Assembly: GCF_006345805.1 (NCBI RefSeq)
Contig: NC_042998.1
Location: forward strand, 203,174,001-203,238,000
Reading direction: 5' to 3'
Length of the DNA stretch: 64,000 bases
Origin: Octopus sinensis
Taxonomy: Eukaryota
A program made the translations under genes and the position numbers. Below the pieces are notes generated by a model. The model worked only from the letters and a program-made list of their open reading frames with translations. It made no database searches and had not been told where the DNA came from. The first letter of the stretch is position 1. Every line of letters starts with the position of its first letter. This document shows, in pieces, positions 50,460 to 63,973 of this stretch.

Positions 50460-51100
50460 ATATATAATATATATATATATATGTGTGTGTGTGTGTTGTG
50501 TGTGTGTGTGTATACGCGCACATATACATACACATAGGCACAGGAGTGGCTGTGAAGTAAGTAGCTTGCTTACCAACCACATGGTTCCGGGTTCAGACCC
50601 AGTGCGTGCCATCTTGGGCAAGTGCCTTCTTACTATACCCTCGGGCCGACCAAAGCCTTGTGAGTGGATTTGGTAGACGAAAACTGAAAGGAGCCCGTCG
50701 TGTATGTATATATATATATATGTGTGTGTTTGTGTGTATGTTTGTGTGTCTGTGTTTGTCCCCCAACATCGCTTGACAACCGATGCTGGTGTTTACATCC
50801 CCGTAACTTAGCGGTTCAGCAAAAGATACCGATAGAATAAGTACTAGGCTTACAAAGAATAAGTCCTGGGGTCGATTTGTTCGAGTAAAGGCAGTGCTCC
50901 AGCATGGCAACAGTCAAATGACTGAAACGAGTAAAAGAATAAATACACACGACGAGCTTCTTTCAGTTTCCATAAACCAAATCCACTCGCAAGGATTTGG
51001 TCGGCGTGAAAGCTTTAGTAGAAGACACTTGCCCAAGGTGCCATGCAGTGGTACTGAATCCGGAACCATATGGTTGGGAAGCAAGCTTTTTATTACACAT
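50195..51100. mobile_element. SINE B (+, 50536-50945) nested in the microsatellite of an older SINE B (-)
   Basis: Minus-strand 3' half at 50195-50350 and 5' half at 50950-51100 flank the plus copy. Confidence 0.8.
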
Positions 51101-51299
51101 CCACGCCCCCCCCCCACACGCACACACGTATGTAGAGGAGTGTGTATCTGGCCATATATTTGTACGTATATTTAATGCGTGCGTGAGTATGTATTTATGT
51201 TTATGCGCGTGTGTATTATGTATGCATGAATATGTAATTCGATATTAGTTTGGGAAAAAAGCCCCGTCGCACTTCAAGGTGGGTAAGAAACGAATGTCC

Positions 51300-51900
51300 C
51301 TTTAATCAAAATAATATCACCCCTCATTGGGTAGCATAATCCAATGTTTGGCAAATTGGCGATTCCTTGGATGTAAAACTCTTCAGGTTTCGAAGTGAAG
51401 AAAAACTCAACGTCATTTAACCCCTCCACAATTAATAAACGGTTTTTCCTTCAAATAATGTTGTTGCTATAATTAAAAAATGTGGAGCAAGATCAGGACA
51501 AGAAGGAGGCTGAGATAAAAAAACTTTACGTTTTTTTTTTGTGCTTTGTGATTCGGACAATATGCGGTCCTGCACTATCATCATGTACGAGCAACATTCC
51601 TTCGTGTTTTATCAGTGATGGACACTTTTACTGCAACTATTTGCTGCGTAATGGTTTCCAATTGATGACGGTATTTCTCTGCTCTAACTGTTACGTTTTG
51701 GCTGAACACTTTACGATGGACGACAACCTTTCATCTTCCACCACACATAAAGCAAAATCTTTTTCGGGTGTAGTACTTAGTGCATATCTATGTGTATATT
51801 CATATACGTGGATTTCAATGATGACTTTCCAGCCAAGCAAGAGTAGACAACCTGTCACCATACACTTCATGGTTTTGTAACTTACGCTAACCAATAACAT
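51300..51900 (-). mobile_element. Ancient mariner remnant
   Basis: Minus translation GWKVII, AEKYRHQLE, CPSLIKHEGMLLVHDDSAGPHIVRIT (cf. HDNARPH), EFFFTSKPEEFYIQGIANLP. Confidence 0.75.
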
Positions 51901-52082
51901 CAATTAACAGCCTCGATCTTCTTGAATAAAGTAGGACTACACTAATGGACAAATGTAACTGCTAACAGCACTATTCTTCAATTGAAACTCAGTATACTGT
52001 CGAATAGTTGGCCTGTAATTGATATGTGTATGTATATACGTTGAGATGTACTACGAAGAGAATACACAATTTCGTGACTCGA

Positions 52083-52332
52083 CAGCTGTTTCAGGAAACT
52101 CGAACTTACGTAATAATCGTAATGTTCATGACTTGCAAATGGAATGTGCAGAAGGTTGTTGGTATACAACTCGGAAACAGCCAGCCAGAGATATTACTAT
52201 AATTCATCGAGAGAAAGTTGACAAAAACCGGACTTGTTATATCTACGGGTGACTGTTTAATGGTAGCATAATCAAAACGTTTTGCAAGTTCCATTAACAA
52301 ATAATGAATATCCAAGCTTCCTGAAATAGCTG
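52083..52332. mobile_element. Possible Tc1-type MITE
   Basis: Terminal inverted 15-mers cagctgtttcaggaa and ttcctgaaatagctg (14/15). Confidence 0.45.
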
Positions 52333-52907
52333 TGTGTGTGTATGTGTATATTTTCGTCGTCATTCAACCTGCTCGAGACAATAGCCAAATCCCACTCAAA
52401 TTTTACCCAGACGTCTTTGATGGATAATGTGTACCTGATTTCCCAGCAATTATAAAAAGACAGGACGATCACGTATGGACAATCAGGTCTGATTTACGAA
52501 TACAGTGCAGTTCCGGAAATGCGAAACTCGGAATAGTGTCATTGGATAGCCTCGGTTTTGTATGAGTCTGCAAACTTAGGGAACTTGGATTGAGTGCTTT
52601 TATCCAATCATTTGTAAATTCAAATATACGAAAGAACATGTGTGTGTACATTTGTGTGTGTGTATGCTTGTGTGATGCTTCTGTGTGTGTGTGTGTGTGT
52701 GTGTGTGCTTGCGTGTTTGTTTGCGTGTGCTTGCGTGTTTGTGTGCGTGCTTGCGTGTTTGTGTGTGTGTGCGCATGTCTGTGTGTGTGTATGCTTGCGT
52801 GTTTGTATGCTTGTGTGTGTGTGTATGCTTGTGTGTGTGTGTGTGTGTATCCTTCTGTGTGTGCGCATGTCTGTGTGTGTGCATACATAGCTATGTACTT
52901 ATGTATT

Positions 52908-53235
52908 GAAGGTACGTAACTTAGTGGTTAGGTTAATCGGCTCACTATAGTAAGGCCACGAGTTCGATTCCCGTCGGTGCCTGGTGACCTTGAGCAAGAC
53001 ACTTTATTTCACGTTGCTCCAGCCCACTCACCTGACAAAAGTGAGCTGTACCTGTAATTCAAAAAGGGGCCAGCCTTGTCACACTCTGTGTCACGCTGAA
53101 TCTCCCCCAAGAACTACATTAAGAGCTACACATGTCTGTGGAGTGCTCAGCCACTTTCATGTTAATTTCACGAGCAGGTTATTCCTTTGATCGGATCAAC
53201 TGGAACTCTCGTCGTCGTAACCGACGGATGGCCAG
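52908..53235 (+). mobile_element. SINE family D
   Basis: gagttcgattccc B box plus D tail. Confidence 0.85.
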
Positions 53236-53643
53236 TTACGTGTGTATGTGCGTGTGTACGTTTATTATGTTTGTGTGTATGTATGTGTGTGTATATGTAC
53301 ATGCGTATGTGAATAGGTCTATACATATTACATATATACACTCATTCATAGCTGTATTAATTTATACCTTATACACACGTCCTTTCATACAACGGTTTGC
53401 TTTCATCTCTTAGATAAATTACTTGGACGATTTTGTGTTGTGTTGGGTTTTTTTTTTATCTAGTCCAAACCACCACCACCACCACCACATTCAACAGTTA
53501 TTCCTTAATGGTGTTTTACCATTTTCTCCAGTGTGATGGCTTTGTCAAAGACAAAAAAAAACATACACAAAGAAAACTGTCAAAGAAAGGAGAATTCACA
53601 AAGTTTTACATGTGATCACGTCTGCCCTTTACATTTTGCAAAG

Positions 53644-53733
<90 letters not shown>

Positions 53734-53954
53734 GTGTGTGTGTGTGAAAGAGAGAGAGAGAGGCGCTTGCATGGCGGTGTGGCTAAAAAAGCATGCTTTA
53801 CAAACTCATATTTTCATGATCGATCCCATTGCACAGCACATTGGACAAGTGTCTTCTATTGTAAGCCGAGGTTGACCAATGCCTTGTGGGGGAATATGGT
53901 TGACGGATTCTGTATTGAAGCCAATCGTATGTGTGTGTGGATATATTTCTTTGT

Positions 53955-54322
53955 GTGGAGACGCAATGGCCAGCGGACTCGCGGTCATAGGTTCGCGGTT
54001 TCGATTCCCAAGCAGGGAGTTGTGAGTATTTATTGAGCGAAAACACCTAAAGCTCCACGGGACTCCGGCAAGGCTTGGTAGCGAACCCTGTTGTATTCTT
54101 TCACTACAACTTTCTCTCACACTTTCTTCCTGTTTCTGTTGTACCTGTGTTTCAAAGGGGCCAGCCTTGTCGCACTCTGTGTCACGCTGAATCTCCCTGA
54201 GAACTACGTTAAGGGTACAAGTGTCTGTGGTGTGCTCAGCCACTTGCACGTTAATTTCACGAGCAGGCTGTTCCGTTGATCGGATCAACTGGAACCCTCA
54301 TCGTCGTAACCGACGGAGTACC
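53955..54322 (+). mobile_element. SINE, head C with tail D
   Basis: ggagacgcaatggccagcggactcgcgg head joined to gaactacgttaagggtac tail. Confidence 0.87.
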
Positions 54323-55734
54323 GTAGTAGTATTTCTTTGTTTGTGTTTTCCCCATTCTGCTTGAGAAACGGTGTGAGTTTGTTTACATTCCTGCAACTTA
54401 GGAATTCGACAGAAAAGAATATAGAATAAGTATCGGACTTAAAGATAGGTTCTGGGGTCGATACGTTCGACCAAACTGTTTGAGGTGCGCCTCGATATGG
54501 CCCCATTCCGGTGACTGCAAGAAGATAAAACGAACGAAAAGTTCTCAATACTTTGTGTAATTCATTTCAAATCGCATCAACATATTATTCACCAAAATTT
54601 GATTGGTTACCAAAAACTCTGAGGAAACACAATCATCTTTTCTAGTGTTACTCAACGAACACGCGATATTTTCATGTCTTTAGTATCATGTGTGTAAAAT
54701 ACACTTCCGCAAGGCAGATGATAGTTTTAGGGTTGATAGTAAACAATGTTTTATACGCCGCAATCTGTTGTAGAATGGCTTTCATTTCGATGATTAAACT
54801 ATTTTAACCTGTTGATATTTGAAATTTTTGAAGAAATACCGTTATAAACGTTTGCAAGAATTTCTTATGATTTTATGTTCAAAATTGCACAAGCTGAAAT
54901 AAAGCGCTTTACATTTGTACGAGACAAGACTCTCGTCTCTGGAATACTTACTTAATGGGAAACATGTTCTATATTGAACTAATCGATTTTTTAATTATAA
55001 TAGCAATATTAATGAAATGGTGGCGCTTTCTGCTAAGTACCTGAAGGTTGCGAGAATGTTCCTTTAAAATAATTTTCACTGAGTTCGCGATATCTTATTG
55101 CTTCACTGATTTTTGTAAGAGAAAACACAACTTGATAAACTAATATTTCAGAACGATACATGCCGTTGGTACTTTAGCTATTAAGAGTGTTATAATTGCA
55201 TAGATGAGAATTTTGGGTGTTAGGTTTGTAAATCTTTCTCGTTTTACATTGGTTATGGAAGCAGTGGCGTTTGTTGTGCAACTATAGTTCATCAAAACGC
55301 GATTTTTACGTCTACGGCTTATATTGATGGTTCACAATGAAGATTCTTGTTAATAAGCATTAAAAGAAAAGAAAAACATTTAAACTATACGGAGGATTAT
55401 ACCATTTAATATTCTGCTTTTCTATTTCTGCACTGCATATAGAGTGTTTTATTCTAACGACATTCTTTCTACTATGCGCACAAAACCTGAGATTTTAGTG
55501 GAATGGACCGAGTGAAGCACTGCGCCATTGACCAAGGCACATCATTTCCCGTTGTTCACCAGCTGACAACTGGTGCACCCTTAGCTTTAACTGTTATATC
55601 TACGATGTTTCGTTGCATCGATGATGGGGAAACTTAGAGGTTGTCTATATCAGATCACGACAATACGTGTACCTAAAACAATTAGCGAAAGTTTCGTACG
55701 ATCTACCAGGTTATGCTGACTTGCAAGTAACTCT

Positions 55735-55769
<35 letters not shown>

Positions 55770-56408
55770 ACACACACACACACACACACTCGCGCGCGCG
55801 CAGAGACGTATGCGTGTCTGTGGTAAGAAGCTTGCATCACAACCACATAATTCTGGGTTCAATTCTACCGCATGTTACCTTGGGCAAGTGTCTTCTAGTA
55901 TAGTCCCAAGCCTACCAAAGCATTGTGAATGGATTTGGTAGACGGAAACCGAAAGAAACTCGTCGTGTGTATATGAAAGAAATACAAATGCAGAGATAGA
56001 GGTACATCCACCGATGGAAACTTTCCTTTAAGACATTTAAAACAAAATAGCCCGACGATATATCATTAATGATGACAATGTAAATAATTGCAAGTAGAAG
56101 AAGAGCTAGATCAGCAACCGACTGAGCATGCGTGAGACTTTAGTAAAAAGAAACTACAGAAAGAGTCAGGAACAGAATAAGGTGAAGAAGTTTTTCGAGG
56201 GTACTGAATAAATATATATACATATATATATATATATGTGAGTAAACAGAAAATAGATAAATATTGATCAACAACAATTGACTAACATCAATTTTTATAC
56301 AAACAAATAAATAATTATATATATGCATATATATATATTATATATATATATATATATATATGCATATATATATATATATATTATATATATATGCATATAT
56401 ATATATAA

Positions 56409-56448
<40 letters not shown>

Positions 56449-56984
56449 GCGGCTAATTATCATGGATAATGCAATGTGACTAATGGTCATAATATTTTGG
56501 CTATCACGTATTTCGTGACAGGAAGTTATACATACATATGCGTGTATGTGTGCGACTGGATGGTGTATATAAGTATATACATACATTTGTATATCTGAGT
56601 CTCTCTCTCTCTCTCTCATGCACACATACGCATACACACACACATTGAACTAATATTGCTTACGTCGCTAATAACACATACACACACGTGTGTGTATGTA
56701 TATTTCCTTACGTGAGTCTGTCTACCCATCTATCTAGCTTGTAGCCATGTATTTGTCATATATATATTATATATATATATATATATTATATATATATATA
56801 TATATACACACACACGCACACATACACTCACATCCTTTTTTTTATGTAGGTAGATATATGCTCGCACACAACTCCTACGACATCTACAGCCCCTCCCGTC
56901 CCTGCATCAAGGGAGACGGTCCGACAGAAGTCCAGGCATTCTCTCCCCTCCTTGGCCTACCTCTCTCTCTCTCATCCTCACTGT

Positions 56985-57033
<49 letters not shown>

Positions 57034-57430
57034 ATCACAAAGCCACCTTTGTTCCTTCAGACTTTCCAGTGCAAAATGTTTATCGCTTTATTTTCGCTCA
57101 ATTGTCGTCACAGAATTCTCTTCACTTCTAAATCATTCCGTTTCTTTTGTTTTCTCCCCTCTCTTACACTGCTGTTGTTTCCTGGCTTTGTTCCTCTCAT
57201 TCTTTTGTTTCCCATCAACAATTATCGCTTTCTCATTAACATCTAATTGTCATTATTTTTATTTCTGTATTTTATTATACTTTATTAATACGTATGTATA
57301 TACATGCATATATGTATGTGACATCGTATCAGTTAATATTGCCTGCCTTCTCGTTTGTGTGTGTGTGTGTGTCTTTGTCCTCCACAACCGCTGATGTGTT
57401 TACGTTCGGCAAAAAGGGACCGATCGAATA

Positions 57431-57658
57431 TGTTTCTTTATTACCCACAAGGGGCTAAGCACAGAGGGGACAAACAAGGACAGACAAACGGATCAAGTCG
57501 ATTACATCGACCCTAGTGCGTAACTGGTGCTTAATTTATCGACCCCGAAAGAATGAAAGGCAAGGTCGACCTCGGCGGAATTTAAACTCAGAACGTAGCG
57601 GCAGACGAAATACCGCAAAGCATTTCGCCCGGCGTGCTAACGTTTCTGCCAGCTCGCC
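57431..57658 (-). mobile_element. SINE A inserted in SINE B (57340-57765) with 11-bp TSD
   Basis: ccgat(c/a)gaata at 57420-57430 and 57657-57667. Confidence 0.88.
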
Positions 57659-58149
57659 GATAGAATAAGCATAGGCTTTAAAAAAATTAGTATTGGGATA
57701 CATTCATTCGACTAAAGATTCCTCAAAGTGGTGCCCCAACATGGCCGCAGTCTAATGACTTAAAAAGGAAAGATTATATATATTATATATATAAAACGTG
57801 CACACGTACATATACACATTTCCAGGTCTGCACGCGTACACAGATACGTGTGCACTCGTACACGAATAGACGTAAATACATATACACTGCCCCCTGTAAA
57901 CATACATATATGTGTGTTCGCGCGTGGGCTTGTGGTTAGGGTGTTGACATCTCACTCAGTAAGCTGCAGCCTCGAACCCTGAAACCATGCCCCCACATAC
58001 ACACACACGACGGGCTCCTTTTAGTTTCCGTTTACCAAATCCACTGACAAGGCTTTGGTCGACCTGGGACCATAGTAGAAGATACTAGGCCAAGATGCCA
58101 CGCAGCGGAACTGAACCCGGAACCGTGTGGTTGGGTAACAATCTATTTC

Positions 58150-58310
58150 TCCAGTGTTTCTGGTATAATAACGATGTTATCGCAAAAGAACAAGGAGCTG
58201 GCATTCGCGGATGTGCTGAAGATCTTGAAAATCAACAAAATGACGGGGTCAGATGTGCGACGGCATCGGAAAAAATTAGCAATGGTTTGGTTTACAAGCT
58301 TTTGAGAATG
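58150..58310 (+). mobile_element. R4/NeSL-type RT fragment
   Basis: KEQGAGIRGCAE then (frameshift) LKINKMTGSDVRRHRKKLAMVWF, cf. EQ.G...G.RGCKEQLLINK...D.R....L.MAWID. Confidence 0.55.
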
Positions 58311-58325
58311 TATTAGATTCTCTTC

Positions 58326-58700
58326 GTGGAGGCGCAATGGCCCAGCGGTTAGGGCAGCGGACTCGCGGTCGTAGGATCGCGGTTTCGATTCCCAGACCGG
58401 GCGTTGTGAGTGTTTATTGAGCGAAAACACCTAAAAGCTCCACGAGGCTCCGGCAGGGGATGGTGGTGATCCCTGCTGTACTCTTTCACCACAACTTTCT
58501 CTCACTCTTACTTCCTGTTTCTGTTGTACCTGTATTTCAAGGGGTCAGCCTTCTCACTCTCTGTATCACGCTGAATCTCCCCGAGAACTACGTTAAGGGT
58601 ACACGTGTCTGTGGAGTGCTCAGCCACTTACACGTTGATTTCACGAGCAGGCTGTTCTGTTGATCAACCGGAACCCTCGTCGTCGTAACTGACGGAGTGC
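58326..58700 (+). mobile_element. SINE, head C with tail D, near consensus
   Basis: As 53955-54322. Confidence 0.9.
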
Positions 58701-58904
58701 TTCCATCCAGATTCTCTTTGTCACTCAGGGATGTCAGCGGTTCTAAGAACCACAGTCAAGGCGGTCTTTGCTCTTGGCTTCTCTCGCTAAGTTAAATGGT
58801 GGATGTGGTTGTATCTTTTCCGTCAGGATAAAATATAGCAGGGGTGTAATTCAAGGAGACGGTCACTCTGTGGTGGTGTTTATAAATTACTCTTTACTCT
58901 TTTT

Positions 58905-59322
58905 TATTATTACTTGTTTTAGACATTTGACTGCGGCCATGCTGGAACACCGCCTTTAGTCGAGCTAATCGACCCCCAGGACTTATTCTTTGTAGGCCTA
59001 GTACTTATTCTATCGGTCTCTTTTGCCGAACCGCTAAGTTACGGGGACGTAAACACACCAGCATCGGTTGTCAAGCGATGTTTGGGGGACAAACACACAC
59101 AAACAAACATACACACACACACATACACACATGTATATATATATATATATACACACAAATATACGACGAGCTTCTTTCAGTTTCCGTCTACCAAATCCAC
59201 TCAAAAGGCTTTGGTCGGCTCGAGGCTATAGTAGAAGACACTTGCCCAAGGTGCCACGCAGTGGGACTGAACCAGGAACCATGTGGTCGGTAAGCAAGCT
59301 ACTTACCACACTGCCACTCTTA
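58905..59322 (-). mobile_element. SINE family B, full length
   Basis: Reverse complement of consensus. Confidence 0.92.
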
Positions 59323-61282
59323 ATTGCAGGCAATCCTTTATTTTTTTCCTCGGGGAAATCTGAAATTTGTCTGGATCGTAGGAATCTCCCCGAGAACTAC
59401 ATTAAGGGTACACCTGTCCCAGGAATACTCAGCCACTTACACTTTAATTTCATGAGCAGACTGTTCTGTTGATCAACTGAAACACTCATCGTTCCAACCG
59501 ACGGAGTGCTTGTTTTCATTCTTTTATTTGTTGCAGTCATTTGGCTGCGGCCATGCTGGAGCACTGCCTTTAGTCGAACAAATCGACCCCAGGACTTATT
59601 CTTTGTAAGCCTAGTACTTATTCTGTCGATCACCTTTGCCGAACCGCTAAGTTACGGGGATGTAAACACACCAACATCGAAACACACACACATATATATA
59701 CGACGGGCTGGTCGACCCGAGGCTATAGTAGAAGACACTTGTCCAAGGTGTCACGCAGTAGAACTGAACCCGGAACTATGTGGTTGGGAAGCAAGCGTGT
59801 TGCCACACGGCTACACCTGGGCCTCTCCATAGAATATTTCGGTGGAATGATATAAACATGATCCCTTGAGTTTCGTAAATACAATAAACTAGTAACCTGC
59901 AATTTGTTTGTTGCATATGTCCTGGTACCAGCATTTGGATTACTTGACTGGACGCTAGATGTGCTCTGGGTCATTGCCGCTAGAAAGGGTAAACCATTAA
60001 CCACCACCAGATATTTCCACATCAGAAGATAAGCACTTAATATTGATTACCTGGAAATAAAAATGGAATATTGATTTTTATAGAGATAAAGGATACAGAT
60101 AAACCACTTAGTTGTGACAACTGATGCAGATTCTATGGAATTACTACCGAAGATGTGACCCACGCTATCAGCAGGTTCTGAAAATGTCCTCAAGATTTTA
60201 TCTACCTTAGATTTCCTCTGCAAGAATAAACGCCCCAGAGAGCATGTCGTTTTGAAATATATCAAAACTGTGTCCTGCCGGAAAGAGTACAATCATTTCC
60301 TGTAATGAACTTCAAGATGGAGTCATAGGACAGAGCGAGGTTGTCTTAGCCTTGGTTGTACTTTCTAGAATATATTTCTACAAAGATGTCGGTAGAAAGC
60401 ATAGCCTTGAATATCACAACATAAGAATTTTCTGTGAAGTGAGAAGAAACTGGCCCACATTATGAAAGGATATTGGTAGAACATTCTGGTGAATACTCCC
60501 GTAAAATGTTGAATAGACTAGTCAGAATGATCTGGAACTGAGAAAAATGGGGTGCGGTGCTTGGTAGGTAAAAGAACCCAGTTTTCTAGCAATATTATCT
60601 TAAAGATAAAAAAAAGAACCCTCTACCCCTACATTGAGTTTTGACGAACGATGACTTTCAAGACCAGAAATGACACGGTTAATTAAAAAAACTTACAATT
60701 ACCAATTATAAATGGAACTGTGAATATATGAAAAACATTTCAAAGGTTTAGTGTGTAATATGTGCATGTACACATGCGTATAAACATACAAACGTATATA
60801 TACACACACACACTAATCAAGATCAAAACATGTGGATCCAAAACTGCAATGATATGCATGCATCTACGAATAAACACGTGTTCAGGTATACATCTGTAGA
60901 CACGGAACTATCCTGCTGGTTTCTAAATTCCATTAAAAACCCCAAATTCTGGGATGGAATCTGTCTTATTTTCTCTGTTGGTGAGAAGATTGTACATATA
61001 CGCTCATACGCATGCGTACAACCAGATGTGCGTGCAAGCACATACACATACATGCTTACATACATGTGCATACATACATACATACACACGCATGCGTGTG
61101 CGCACGTACATACCTACACCATGACTATCTAATTTCTGTTTGGATTCCAATGAAAGATTTTTTTTATTTCAGTTGAAAACCGGCATTTTCTCTAAAACTG
61201 ATAAATTAAAAACAAAAGCAGAATAATATACATACATACAGAAATACATCCATTCACACAAAAATATGCATAAATATACAGG

Positions 61283-61316
<34 letters not shown>

Positions 61317-62132
61317 TATATACACTAGCTACATTCTACATCCTAGCGATATATAGGAAACATTTATTTAAACAATACGGGAAGCTTGAGAAAAACAACC
61401 AAATGTTGTGTTGTTTATTTTACAAAATGTACGTTGAATAATATTTGCTAAACTAGGGAGAGAAAACACATATTATCATTGGCCTCGCCCCTAAAAATCA
61501 ACGCTGCAGATTGAGGAATTGTTTAACATTTTAATCGATACGATTTTTATTGATTTCTTTATCGATTTCTCTGTTTGCTTTTTTACAAGAATACAAAATG
61601 AATTGAATGGGACAAACGAAATACATTTGACAAAACCCGACCGACTATTTCGGATAATCGTCCATTATCTTCGATGTGACGTTGCAGCTTGGCTTTGTCG
61701 CAATGCATGATGGGGGAAAGAACGCCTGCAGGGAAAAAAAGGCCAAAAAAATTACTTGCTCCTCAAAAGAACAAAATAAAACAAGGTTTATTTTCTAAAA
61801 ATGCTTGATGTGTTTAAATGTTTCTTCTCCGAATTAATTCCACAAATGTGTTATTCTTCGCTGAAAGTAAACACAATACTGTTTGGGGGAAGGAATAAAC
61901 TGCCAACTATTGCTATTTCGATCGATTTCCTCCCTAGGGGCCTAGAGCAGAATCATCTCTTTTGCAAAAATTCTGGTCAGGTTTTCACATCTATGGCATT
62001 CCCGCACAGAAACCTTGGAGTAAGACTAAATTCTCTGCAGTTATTTTATTATTTTATTTTTTTATTTAGTTTCTTTTCAATGAACTAATTAAGAACGGTC
62101 GACAAACATAATCACCACACCACCAAATATAC

Positions 62133-62166
<34 letters not shown>

Positions 62167-62457
62167 TATTCGAATTTTTCAGTTATTAGACTTCGGCCAT
62201 GCTGGAGTAGCGCCTTGAAGCTTTAGTCGAATGAATTGACCCCCAGAACTTATTTTCTAAGGCCTGCTACCTATTCTGTCGGTTTCTTTTGCCGAACCGC
62301 TACGTTACAGGGACGTAAACACACCAACACCGGTTACCAAGCTGTGGTGGAGGACAAACAACGATACATACACAGGCATATAGTCAATTATGTGGATAAA
62401 CAAATTAAATATTACAACTTAGGTTTAATGCACTATATATATATTGGTTTTTTTTAC

Positions 62458-62493
<36 letters not shown>

Positions 62494-62497
62494 ACAT

Positions 62498-62543
<46 letters not shown>

Positions 62544-62730
62544 AGCAGCAGGTTGCAGTGTTTCACTAAAAAGAAGGATCATAATTGTCGCTAAATGTGA
62601 CTGGGGTGTTAAAAAAACACCTACATTGCTAGAAATAAGAGCTAAAATGCTCTAAAGTTGTAGTTAATGTTCACGAAAACATATACACTAACAGGGACCA
62701 TAATAGTCCGGAAAATGTCGACCGAGAATT

Positions 62731-62779
62731 CTTAAGAGTGACGTCAGTTTCGGCAATTTCCGTTGCCTCATCAGTTAAA
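62731..62779 (-). ncRNA. Type-I hammerhead ribozyme, canonical core, one mismatch at 16.2
   Basis: UUUAA CUGAUGA GGCAA cggaaa UUGCC GAA ACUGAC GUCACU C UUAAG. Confidence 0.8.
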
Positions 62780-62819
62780 CCAGCTCAATGTTCGGCCTTT
62801 TCCGGACCTATTTCTCTGT

Positions 62820-62859
62820 TTTAATGGATGAGGCAACAGAAACTGACATCAGTCTTAAT
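62820..62859 (+). ncRNA. Broken hammerhead, partner of 62731-62779
   Basis: UUUAA ugGAUGA GGCAACA GAA ACUGAC AUCAGU C UUAAU: stem II deleted, GUC site retained. Confidence 0.65.
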
Positions 62860-63576
62860 TCTTGTTCGACATTTTTCGGACAATTAAGGTCCCTGCTAGT
62901 ATATATGTTTTCATTAATGTGCGTTAACTACAGCGTTGGAGCATTTTAGCTCTTATTTCTAGCAATGTAGGTGTGTTTTCTAACACCTGAGTCATGTTTA
63001 GTGACAATTAGAATTCTCCATTTTGGTGACACATTGCAACCTGCTGCTTATATTAATTTCACATGTAAACATTAGCGAATCGCTAAATCATCCATTAATT
63101 TGGATGATAAAAACCTATTTTAGTAATGGCAAGGTTTATGATATCGGAGGAAATCTCTTCTTTTTTCATCAACTTTTTCTTGTTCTTTATGTAGTTCAGA
63201 CTTTCAGTAGGCGAAGAGAAAAGACTTCAAATACATCAGCTATTTACAACTGGTTTATTTACAGGGAAGGTGAAGTGTGCTGCTCTCAGCTACCATCATA
63301 AGCTCCGAATAGTGCGGGTGCGTTGCCCCTGGAGATAGGCAGGCAGAAAGCGCTGCTGCCTGTGTTGGTGTTCAGCCAATGCTGCTCTTTAACGGCGCCA
63401 AAAGAGGCTGGTCTGAATCGGTTTCCCGTTTATATAGTTTTCTCCATCGCGAGCCTCGTTGTGATGTCGCGCATGGCAAATGGATGCAGGTGAGGTCTCG
63501 CTCCAGTCTCGAAGATGGCAATGGCTGCCGCGAGATCTCATCCAATATGGCGCTGGCTGTTTGTGCCGCTACAATA

Positions 63577-63973
63577 TCTTTATATATAAAAGTGAAGTTG
63601 TGTGTCTGTCTACTCCGATTTAGATTCCTAACTACTCCCACATTTTGCGGTGCAGTTTAACCAAAAGCGAGTATCTTATAGTCGTGATTCATATCGAGCC
63701 GATCTGGGTATTAGCGCGCGTCTACGATGAGTCAACGATTTTAAAAATAATTTACCATCATCTTTTTCCATTTTAATGCATATTTTTTTTTAAATATAAG
63801 GGAAGTAATTCTCTAAAAATGTCTACGATGAGTCAACGATTTAAAAAAAAATTTACCATCATATTTTTTCCATTTTTAATGCATTTTTTGGCTATTTTTT
63901 GGCTATAACTCTCTAAAAATGCTTTATAGTTATTTCCCTTACAAACCCGAGCAACGCCGGGCGATACTGCTAG
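63577..63973 (+). mobile_element. Non-autonomous Helitron with internal tandem duplication
   Basis: a|TCtttatatataaaagtgaag...cccgagcaacgccgggcgatactgCTAG|t; segment gtctacgatgagtcaacgattt...aatgcat repeated at 63720 and 63821. Confidence 0.87.

Larger units (their letters stand above)
62582..63010. mobile_element. 429-bp inverted-repeat element, each arm starting with a hammerhead motif
   Basis: Arms 62582-62779 and 62820-63010 are clear but diverged reverse complements; 40-bp spacer. Confidence 0.88.

Noticed and set aside
51482-51880. 132-aa plus-strand ORF
   Set aside because: Antisense to a decayed mariner transposase.
59880-60590. Possible ancient RTE RT remnant
   Set aside because: Only vague motif echoes; cannot be supported by eye.
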